A stretch of DNA of 64,000 nt from NCBI RefSeq assembly GCF_006345805.1, contig NW_021831286.1, positions 62,001 through 126,000 on the forward strand, in the 5' to 3' direction. The notes below the pieces were generated by a model that worked only from the letters and a program-made list of their open reading frames with translations, had not been told where the DNA came from and did no database searches. The stretch comes from Octopus sinensis. Taxonomy: Eukaryota. Below are positions 12,287 to 23,500 of this stretch, piece by piece. The first letter of the stretch is position 1. Every line of letters starts with the position of its first letter. The translations under genes and the position numbers were made by a program.

Positions 12287-12652
12287 ATGAGTTTAAAAAA
12301 TTGCAATAGTGAGTCTGCCATTAAACACAATACTTCCATCCTCGAAAGGCTTTGGACAATCGTCGCCATTCTCTCAGGAACAGTAGCTGGAGTGCTTGGT
12401 TTTACTGGACTCTATGGACTGGCGTTTTATTTGATTGGGTCAGCTTATTTTTTGGTAAATAAACATATTCCAATAAATAGATTCATTTGCATTTAAGTTT
12501 GAAGTTTAGCCGAATTAAGGATTATTTTGTCTCCAGAACCGACCCTTTCACTGGAGGCTTTTTCAGTGGGATTTTAGTCTGTTTATATTTTAATTTGTTT
12601 AGACCTATGTTCTTCTTTGGACTTTTTTTACGGATTTGTCCACGTCTACTAA
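12287..12652 (+). CDS. EMC6: ER membrane protein complex subunit 6
   Basis: 'AILSGTVAGVLGFTGLYGLAFY' and C-terminal 'TYVLLWTFFYGFVHVY*'. Two 26-nt introns. The C-terminus needs one extra T in the T7 run at 12623-12629. Confidence 0.9.
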
Positions 12653-13472
12653 TTATTAACATTTTACTCTTGATTACTTAGACTTTTATATAAATGTTAA
12701 ATTAAACGGGTGTTTTACTTTTGTCAAAGGTCGCAGTTTTTAGTAATTAAAATTAATTAATTTTTAGTAATAGATTATTTATTTACTCTATCAATAATTT
12801 AAATGGTTATTTATTTAAAAATTTATTTAACCAATTAGTTCATTTTAGTAGAATTCGACTGTAGAAGGAATTTATTTGAAGGATATCCACATTTGCAGAA
12901 AATACTGCATCCTCTTACTTATAGCTGTCGGAAGATAAATAGTAATAATATTTTAAATATTGATAGAGCGTATAATATATTAATCAAAATATTAGTTTTT
13001 AAAAGGCTAAAAAACTGCGACCACTTCGACAAAAGTTTACTTATAATCGCAGTTTCCGAGTTAATTCAGAGGGATATTATTTGGGGACACATGTTTCTCA
13101 ATGCACGGAACTTTTCCAATCAGGAGGGTAGTTCTCATATTTAAGGATGGAAACTATTTAATGGTCAACGGAAACAGTTTAACCAGACTAAAATTAAGTC
13201 GATGATCATTTCTTATGCTTTGATAGAGTAATAATGACGAAAGATCAACAAAAAAATAATATATTAAATCCTTTCTCTACCTCTCATACAAATATTTAAT
13301 CGAAAGAATATCTATAGCAATAGTCAGAGGCAATACTCTGGCTATCTGCCAATGACTATTTCTCTTTTGATTTGAAATATATTAAGGATTTAAAAAAAAG
13401 CAACAAACATAGTTGGACGACACTTTTAGCTAGAGAATACATTTCAAAATATTAAATATTTAAGTTAATTAA

Positions 13473-14561
13473 TCAAATTTTATGCTCGGATTTAAGAATT
13501 TGAAGCTGGAGAAAATTGTTTCGGAGGGCTTCGAGATTTTTGTTCGCTTCAGCCAATTGAGAGGTAAGTTCGTTGTAAACGTCGACACTCAGCCCATTTT
13601 TAGCGAACATCTTATGGAGTGCCTGGAGGAAATGTCTATTGCGGGCATCCCTGTAGGTATATTCCTGCCATCAGATCATCCAAATACCTGTCGCGTGACC
13701 ATGTAATATGCATAGAAGAACATTCCAGTGACATATGTGACAAAATAGGTGACCGGCTCCATGATATCCCACGAGTACTCAAACCATGTAAGTCGAGCCA
13801 AAACACCAGTTTGGAGTCCCATAAACACTAAACCTAACCAGCCAATGGACTGTGCCCTCCAATCGGCAGCTTTGATCATTTGATTCCTACTCTTTCATAA
13901 ATAAGACCCAAATGCGACAATACCCGTTCATATGGTTCTAATTCCTTGGTCAAAGTGGCAATCTGGTCTGTATATTTCCTTTCGATCGTCTCCTTGTGCG
14001 CTGTCACATTGAACGTACTGAATAAGTCAATTAATGACATTTTAAATTTATCTTCAACCGAGATGACCCCATTTGGTTTGTCTACGGATGAGGAGATATA
14101 CTAAACCACTCTCGAGAAGGGGCTCGACTGTATATCTCTTGTCGTCGATGATCATGTCGAATGAACTCCTCAGAAGTGTCTCCAGAGGAGTCGACTTGGC
14201 CCACTTTATTGAGTCTACACTCAGATGTTAATATTACCAGAGGAGTATATCCCAATTCGTTCGATTCCTCCGTCCTCGTTTTTGACCGACTCAATCAAGT
14301 CCCCGACCGTATATCCGTAGAGACGGAGAGTAAATCGACAGAGTTCGTTTTTTGAGGGAAGGGGAAGATATAGTACTGGAAAAGTTCCATCGTGGTCCGT
14401 TTTTACTTTGAATATTTATTTATATTATTTGGACTTAAATTTATAGACCGATCTCGAATTATTCCTTCCGAATCGCTGGAATAATTCCTCAAAATATTGG
14501 CCAAATTCAAGGCTTGTTGTCTCCGAACATTTTTAACTGAATTTACAATCGATAATCGCAT
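13473..14561 (-). CDS. MCU: mitochondrial calcium uniporter
   Basis: Selectivity-filter motif '[20 protein letters not shown]'; NTD '[15 protein letters not shown]...[19 protein letters not shown]'. Introns of 23-32 nt. Confidence 0.95.
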
Positions 14562-15270
14562 AACTACAATAAATGATATATATTTATTTTGAAATATTTT
14601 TACCATTTAAAATTAAGCAAGTAAATCAAATTTCCAATAATTCATTTTAAAGTATTTTTCGTTTAGCAGCTATTTCAACTATTCGATCAGTCAAAATGTG
14701 ATACCGTCATTATGGAAACAAGCACTAATAAGGCCGATATTGAAACCTTGCAGACCTAGAGATGACCCTGCGTCTTTTAGACTTTTGTCTTTTATGCTTC
14801 ATAACGAAAATCGTAAGCAGTGGTGTCTTTCCAACCTTTAGTTCTTCCCGTACGTTGGCCTCTCTCATCGCAATATTGCTTTATAAACACGCGGATTTGA
14901 CCCAGAAATGCATTTTTATTCGATCATTTTAATTCCGCGACAAGGTTATGATTTCTCACATCTATTTTCAACCCTGCGGTCACATTTTTGTATCAGTAAG
15001 TACTTTTTTAATTGCACGCATTTCCACTACTTTGGTTGATATAGTGGATTGAATCAAACATCTGATTTTGTCGGCTTCTTTAATTTTGTTCACCCGGCCA
15101 CTCGTCCACCTTCCGTAAATATAGTAAAGCTGTTTAATTCTAATAATGTTACATTGGACGTAGTTTTCCTTATTGATAAATCGAAAATTTAATTTACAGT
15201 TCCAATTCTCATCCGAATGGTAAAATAAATGTATCGAATATATTTTAAATAAATCGATTTCCATTTTGTC

Positions 15271-16848
15271 ATGTTCTTTGTGGATGTCGGGAACATATTG
15301 TTCCTAATATTCCTCTACACACTACAAGGAATCCCAATTGGCATCACATTACTATAAATTCACTTTCCTAGGGATATGTAGTGCCATTCCTCTCTATCTG
15401 CAAGAGGTTGGGGCTTCCTACTCGCAGCAGTCCTATTTTAGCTTTGTCATGTGGCCTTTTAGTTTAAAAATCTTGTGGGCCCCGTTTGTTGATTCAATAT
15501 TTTTCCGAAGGTCTTATTAGGGCAATATTGGCAGGTTCGGCCGGAGAAAGAGCTGGCTCATCCCCACTCAATATGCCCTCGGGCTTATTTTCATTTTCCT
15601 CTCCTTCAATATATCCGACATGCTTGGTTTAATACTCACAGTTTAAAATTCAAGTCAAAAAACAAATACATCGACTAACCTACGCTTTCTCTGCCGCTTC
15701 CATTCTTGCTGCCACTCAGGACGTGGCCGTCGACGGGTGGGCCATTTCCATTTTGCCCAGGTTTTTATTGATATGGAAAATGACAGGAATTTGCTCAGTT
15801 GGGCATCCACGTGCAATGTGATTGGCCAGATGTTGGGGATTTTTATATCGCGAGAAATTTTTGTGTCCTTGGAATCTGCAGAGTTCTGCAACAAGTATAT
15901 TTTCACGAGTCCTAAAAATCACGGGATTATGACATTTCATGGTATTTTGCAGTTTTATTTTGGGATTTCTTCTTTTTTGGGGAGTGGTGTTCCTCGGGTG
16001 TACTACTTTCATTTTACTGTTTAAAAAAGAGCGAGAAAACACAGAAATAATTTCATATCTGGATGTTTATTCTGGACTGCTATCCGTGCTTAGGAAACCA
16101 GAAATGCAATTTTATATTTTTAATCAGCTTGTCTTAAAAGTAGAGCTTTGGGTGATTTCCAGATCGCGTATGCACCCATCGAGTCGATTTTTGTATTGAA
16201 GTTGTTGAATGCGGGGGTGAGTCGGCACACGATTGTGCAGATCAGTGCCCCCCTCACACTTGTCCAAGTCATTCTCCCCTTCTTCATTGAGCAAATGGGG
16301 CTCAGTCTCAAACCACTCCAATTCTTTGCAAATCAGTACAAACTGAGACTGTTGATCAAACTCCCACAACTCATTTTGTTTCTGTGGATTTTTTGTAGGA
16401 CAGGCCAAGTCACTTCGGCGATGATTGGTGGAATATTTGTGGTTTCGATGGCCACCGAGGTGACTGGGAATGCCATATTCTAGATTATCTCGACCTGTAT
16501 GACTGTTTCCACGATGGCTTTCCACACCAATGTGAGCGACCCCGTCATTGGTGGCTCCTACATGACACTCCTCAATACTGTTGCCAACTTGGGATTCGTC
16601 TGGCCCTCCACTCTATTCCTCAAATATGCCCAATTCTTTGATTGGAGGCCCTGTCTCGGCTCCCGGGTTTATTTCTTTATATATTTCAGTGTGTCCAAAT
16701 TGATGGCATTTTAACAATGACCACTGTTTGCCTGCTATGGGGAGTTTTGTGGATCAAGTATTTTTGCCCGGCGTTTGTTGGGATCGAATCGTCAGGTTCT
16801 CACGTATGGCAGGTGCAAGGCCTCAAAAGACGGAATGTTTGCAAATAA
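15271..16848 (+). CDS. SLC33A1: acetyl-CoA transporter 1 (AT-1)
   Basis: 'LYTLQGIPIG', 'WPFSLKILWAPFVD', 'FGRRKSWLIPTQY', 'ATQDVAVDGWA', 'VSDPVIGGSYMTLLNTVANLG'. Eight introns of 22-31 nt. Confidence 0.95.
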
Positions 16849-17505
16849 TTTTAGGCAACTCTGTTTAATAATATATCTTGTCGTTGCAAATTATACATGT
16901 TTAATTAAATTAGTTTCTTTACACAAACTGTCATTTTGTGCCGAAGTTTTTATCACAAGTGTAAATTGCGTCATTTTGTGAATATTTGGAATTTATGATA
17001 AATATGCTGTTTGAGTGCAAACCGAAACTTAACGCTGTGCGAACGTCTTTAAGTACGAATTATTTCATTGTGGCATTTTTAATTTTCACTTAATTGATTT
17101 AGCAACTGAGTAATCTGTCCTGCCGAATTTATTTCGTGAATAATTTTTGCTTTTTGGGTCAATATTGCATTCCAGTCCACTAAAGTACGTTATTTTGGTA
17201 AGAAATTTCCGATCTAGCCGCAATCTGTATGTATTGCCATTTTAATTAAAATATATAATGCAATGAAATTTATTCTGAATCATTTTAAATCAGTAGTATG
17301 AATATAGTTAATTTAATTAACTGAATTAAATCTATCAATTAGTCTAATAATTGAAAGGTCGATAGGGAATACGGCCACAAGAATACCCTAATGAGAATTA
17401 ATATAAATGCAATCAATTATGTTATTAATAATATTTTAAAACATTTAATAGGAAATAATAGGCTTTATGTGGATAAACATACCACATTGATTGTTGAACA
17501 AATAA

Positions 17506-20500
17506 ATGTTTGGTGAAAATACTTTAAAAAGCGTTTTCTCTGGAGGAGCAAACAGCACGGATACTTGTTTTGCAGTGGGGAACATAAACGGCTACGACTT
17601 TATAGTTGAGAGCCCCTAATAACTGGCAGGCATATGGTTCTGGTTCTAAACTGGTCATTCTCTCGCATGTCTTGGAAAAAGTTGACGCAATTGAGTGCAG
17701 TGAAGGAGAAATAAATTGTGTCACTTGTAGTAAATGCTACGGAAAAGTATTTGCTGCTATCCGACGTAGATTGCTGTCTCCATCAACAATGTATTGATAA
17801 TCCTCCAGCCTAACGACCTGTCCTCGCAGGTATTGTGTGAATACAAGCACAGGACAACTATTCCTGGAGAAGGGTCACACATTTCACTACCAGTCAGCCA
17901 GATTCCATCACATTTGTCGAATTGGACTATTTCGGTATGCCTAATCACTCATTCAAGGGACTAAACTACTTGTTGCGGATAAGCGGCATGTTGAAATGTG
18001 GGGGTGGGATGACCTCGCTTCCCAGTGGGTCCTCAATTGGACTAATTAGTAATCAATTCCCTTTAATTACTCCAGCCAGCTCTCCTCTGTGCAAAAACTG
18101 TCATTTTCCAACGACGGGTTCTTCTTTGCGTCACTCTGCAAAGTACTGGCAGTCATTTCAGGTCTCCAGGGCGACACTGATGTTAGAATTTGGTTCCGTC
18201 GGCAACACGAAGACAGTTTGGAGAGAATCAGTGGGGATGACAAGTCAGTCGATTTTGACTTTATAATTCTCCACCATCCATTCCCAGTGACGTACATATC
18301 GTGGAGACAGATCAGCAGCCACCAAATGGCCCCGTGAGTGCCTGTTCTTAAATTCAGTGGGACTGTCCTCAACCTTATTCTCACATCCTCCGCCAATGGA
18401 GTTGGCAGAGTTTGGCAGCAAAGTGTGGAAGGTCAATCTAACTTTGATGTTCCACCCCTTCACGGACGTCGTCATTCGTTTCAGCAATTGCGTACAAAAG
18501 CATTCAGGCGTATCAAGAAAGCAATGTAATTCAATTGAAGCATTTCAGGAATAAAAAATCTGGGAATTGGGGTATAAGAAGCCCTTCAATTGCTGACATA
18601 AACGCATTTGCCACTGAGATCGCCATATCTCACAAATTCCACATGGTCCAGAGCATATTTCTGGGCACCGAAGAGGGGAAAATGACATTTCATTGGCTGA
18701 ATAACAAGAAAATGGCATTCAATCTCCAATTAAATGCACTTGTCTGCTACAACCACTCAGTTGAGTATTCTGATCACTGTTAGCATTGCAAATGTTCATC
18801 ACATGATGACCGGATTGTGCTAGAGGAGTCTCCTTCCACTCCGAGTGAGATTCTCTTCAACTGTCTGGCCGATATGGTTGTCCTTGACCTGTAACCAGGC
18901 AGTGTTCGACATGCCATAACCTGTACAGTGAGATATCCGATCTTTTAAAGAGTTGGTATAATAGTAGTGACCTCATATTTGCTGTTAATCATGCAACTGG
19001 CACTTTTATTATTTGGGAATTGAAGTATATGGACTCGACATTGATCGACAGTCAGAGAAGTGTGGAATGCAAACATTTGATTGGTCCACAAAAGTTATTT
19101 CAGAGTAATCAGTTCGAATGTCTGTCCCCTTTCATCAAGACATTCGAGAACCATTATTATATCCTCCCCAATTTGGAGTCCTCATACCCTGAGTGTTTCG
19201 ATTGGATGAAAATGCTGAGAGAGCCCTGCATCTTCATAGTTGCCCGACACTCGGATGGCACAATCTATCAACTCCAGGCCAATTTCCAGCTTGAGAACAA
19301 CCAGGCCACCATTTCGAACATAATTCCCGTCAATCGAGTGTGTGGCCACTGCTATGATATCCGCAGCATTAACCACCACCCTTACCTTCCACTTATTGTC
19401 TCCATTGCCTATAATCACCTGGTTGGGACTTGTTTCTATTTTAGAGGGACACGTCTGAACTTATTCTGTGGATTATGGACTCTCCTGGCTATTTGTATCA
19501 GAAGGGGCCAGTTGGTCTCCACGAACTAGCCCGTGTCAACAATTTTTGTCATCTTTCATACGACAAGGCAGCCTGGTTCCCTCTGCGACTGCCTGGATAT
19601 AGTTCGGATGAGGGAATTTATTCTCCTTCTTCTCTGTTTGTTGTCCAACGAGACAGTCGATTTCTGATTTGTCAGGCAGTTGTCGATGTGAGATCACATC
19701 TCAACAAAGCAGAGGTTCCCCTCTTTCCATAGTCCTAGCGAGTGGAGAGGCCTCATCGCCCTGTGTTGGTCAGTCAGCAGTCAGCCATGATGTCGGGTGC
19801 TATTTTCAAGTTAAAGTCAATAAAGGACAACCTCAAAGTACATTCAGATATATATTGTTTAGGAAAATGGGCAAACAATATTTATGCACATTTACTATAA
19901 GTATTCTGTCACTAGACAAAGCTCTGACGTGAATTCTTATCACGTCCAGGATGAATTGACTGGATTTTCTCGCTCTTATATTATGGTGTTGATAACAGAG
20001 TTGGATGGCCAGCAATTTGTGTTGGAGGCTTATGAAATTGTAGTCACTGCCAATAAACCAGAAGAAACCACATTTTTGGTCGACCCTATTGTGAAGGTCA
20101 AAAGAATCTCATGTCGCCATTTTAGTGGAAATGGGTCTCCATTGTTGCATGTCAAGCCAACTTCTGACCACAATGCTTCTATTTACTTTTCTCGCTTTAT
20201 GGTCCCATCCTATCTCTTTGCCTTACTTTTTGCGGATGGGGAGGTGTGCTTGTGGCATTCTGCCATTACGAGTTATGGAATCGAGTTCTCCCCCACAAAG
20301 AACGTGTGTTCTATTCCCCAATCAATTCATTAACCTGTTTTTGTCAGGAATGTAATTTTTAGCCTTCAGTGCATTCGAGTTTGCCTATGATGGAAGATTT
20401 GCTTTTTCCACGTTGAATGAGAAGAATCTTACTTTGGAGGTGGAATCTGGGAGAGTGAGTCTTCCGGGGGATTTGACTGGAATTTAGAAGCCTCCGTGAC

Positions 20501-23500
20501 TGTGAGCGACCTTTTAATGTTGTTTCATTTAATTAAAGCTCAGTTATGGGCAGGGTTGTTAGATTTAAATCATTTGATTTTAATCAACAATAAAAATCAA
20601 TGATTTAAATCATTAAAAAAAATCAAAAAAATCAAAAAATCATTTAAATTTTTTTAAATGTCTGGAAGAAAGCGTGATTCTTTGTGGGCTTATTTTGATA
20701 AACGTATTATTCCTGGAAAGACCGGAAGCCGTGCCAGATGTCGTAATTGTGGGAAGGACATACAAGGTCTTGTATCCCGGATGAGGCAGCATCATTTATT
20801 ATGTCGAAGTAATATTGATATCCCTGAAAATATGCCGAGACCTGAAAGCGAATTTCCTCCAAGGATGAAGGACCATTCATTAATCAATTTCGTAACTACG
20901 ACGACTTCATCTAAGAAAGATTTGATGGATCTGCAACTCGCTAGATACATATTTCTACAAACACTCCGTTTGCTGCTGTAGAACATCCCGAATTTGTCAA
21001 ATTCGTCCAAATGCTTCTTCCTGGGTATCGTTTACCCTCTCGTCATCAAATTGGTGGTACATTACTTGATCATGTGTACGACCAAATACATGAAGACTGT
21101 CGACAAAGACTCCAGGACAAAACAGTGTCTATGATGTTGGACGGGTGGAGCAACATTCATAATGAACCCGTTATTGTGTCTCGGTTGTGACATCAGATGA
21201 GGAAAATTATCTCATTGACACTGTGGACACTTCTGGATATAGCCACACTGCGGAATATCTTCAATCTGTTGCTATAGCCTCCGCACAATTGGCTGAACAA
21301 CGGTTTGGATGTAAAATCGGCAGTCTTGTAACGGATAATGCTGCCAACATGACTAAAATGAGACGGATAATGATGGAAGATGGCAATGAAATAATTACTT
21401 ATGGTTGCTCGGCACATTATCTCAACCTTCTTGTGAAGGATGTCGAGGTAGCGGACGTTAAAGGAACTATTGTAACAATCAATAAATATTTCCGAAACGT
21501 CCATCTTCCAGCTGCATGGTACAAATCTAATGGAGGAAAAAAACTCGTTCTTCCGATTGATGTACGGTGGAACACTTTATCAGACTGTTTTCAATCTTAT
21601 CTGGATAATTGGTCTATTATTTTGAGAACTTGTGAGGAACACAGAACGGATATTGATACAGAGATTTTTTCCAAGGTCCAAAATATTTCCCTAAAACGAC
21701 GCGTTGAAGAATATCTGATGCTTATTAAACCAATTGCTGTCGCTTTAGATAAAATTCAGAATGATTCTACCACGATTAGTCATGCTGTAGAAATTTGGAA
21801 AGAACTTGAACAGACATATATTGACAATGGATGTACGAATATTTTAGGAAAAGTGAGAATTCGAGCAAAACAAGCATTAACACCTTTCCACTTACTTGCG
21901 AATTTGATCGACCCGACATGTAGTGGGAAATCTCTTTCAAATGTTGAGATTGACATTGCATTGAGTTATTGTGCTCAAAATTATGAATATGCACTTCCGA
22001 CTCTGATTAATTTCAGAGCAAAAGCTGATCCATTTAAACATACATGTTTGCTCCGAATTTATTGAGTAAAGTATCACCTATAGCTTGGTGGGAGTCGAAT
22101 TCATACCAGTTACCTTCACAAGTAATTTCACTATGCAAAAAATTCTTGGAGCAGTTGCTTCGACAGGTGGAATAGAAAGAATCTTTTCAACATTCGGATT
22201 TCTACATTCAAATGTACGCAATAGGCTGGGGATCGAAAAAGCAGCCAAACTTGTTTCCATTTACAAGCTTTTAAATAAATAAAAACGATTTCCATTGTTT
22301 TTTTTTTTATTTTAGTTCGCTTTGAAATATTTTTTATTTATTAACCCGAAGACCACAAAGAAAGAAAGCGTAATGCAAACTAGTTAAGTGATCCCGGTGG
22401 ACATAAGGAACTACGATAGATCGTTCTGCGTGGCCGTTTTCAGTGTTTATGTACAAAGAGAGAGGTTCTCTGATAAGCCAGGTGGAAAGGGTCGTTTTGA
22501 AATAAAGATCATTTAATTCAAAAAAATCTGATTTAAATCAAAAAATCGTGATTAAATCAAAAAAATCAGATTTTTTGATTTTTTTGAAAAAAATCATGAT
22601 TTTTAACAACCCTGGTTATGGTCACTAAATAGGTTGTCAAATGAGCTGGCTGCCCACCATGAATGGCTCCCACATTCTAGTTGTCCTCACCAACTCGAAT
22701 GTACTTTTACCGACTTGATTGAATTAGGTCTACTTCTTTTCAGAATCATTTCTCAGACAAGAGAGGTGGATTCTGATCGCCACGTCAAACTCTTCCAGAC
22801 GACTAAAATGTCGATTTTCGGACTTGTAAGCAAGTTTGGGGGATTTTAGTGTTTGGACGGGTCTTTGATGATTGCCAACGGAAACGAGGCATTTCTGTAT
22901 AGATCAGGACAAGATGAGTCCGACATTTTTGAACAGTCACGTCTCCACACTTGCATTCCCCCAATCTTCCATCCCCGACAACTTGTGGCCTTGCTCGGAC
23001 TTGGGAGGACTCATTGTGTCAATCGCATTTTCAAACACCTCCTTGACTCGATTGACCGAGCAATTCAAGACAAATCTGATTTGACCCTTCCACTGTCAAT
23101 TCCTGTTATGCCTCTTCACTCAATCTTTGCCGACCAGGAGGCTGAGGACATGGGAAATTGTGGGAATATTGAAGAATGTGGTTTATTCAGTGACTCCGGG
23201 GAGCAGTCGGAAAGTGATTCCCTCAATCTAAACAGCGAGGACTCGGGATCTATACATTTTGCGGAGAGAAAAGATGTTCCAGACAATTTAGAAGAATTTG
23301 CAGTGTCTGATGTAATTTATGCAGGTTATGTTAGACAAAGCGACTGTGTCGTTATTTGGACAAAATCCAACTCAAAGGACTGAAATCAGAAGAACAGATC
23401 GAATTAAAGTCATTTGCAGAGTGTTGTGGACAAATATTCCTCAACCTTAAAAGTAATTCATTTCAGACACGTGACTAATCAGAGGGTCTCGATGTGGCGT

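Noticed and set aside
14700-15264. Possible very old R4-like RT relic
   Set aside because: Only vague similarity ('EADKIRCLIQSTISTKVV'); no diagnostic RT motif could be confirmed by eye.
20560-20650. GATTTAAATC / AAAAAATC arrays that could look like a CRISPR or satellite array
   Set aside because: No spacers; mirrored at 22510-22605 as hAT subterminal repeats.
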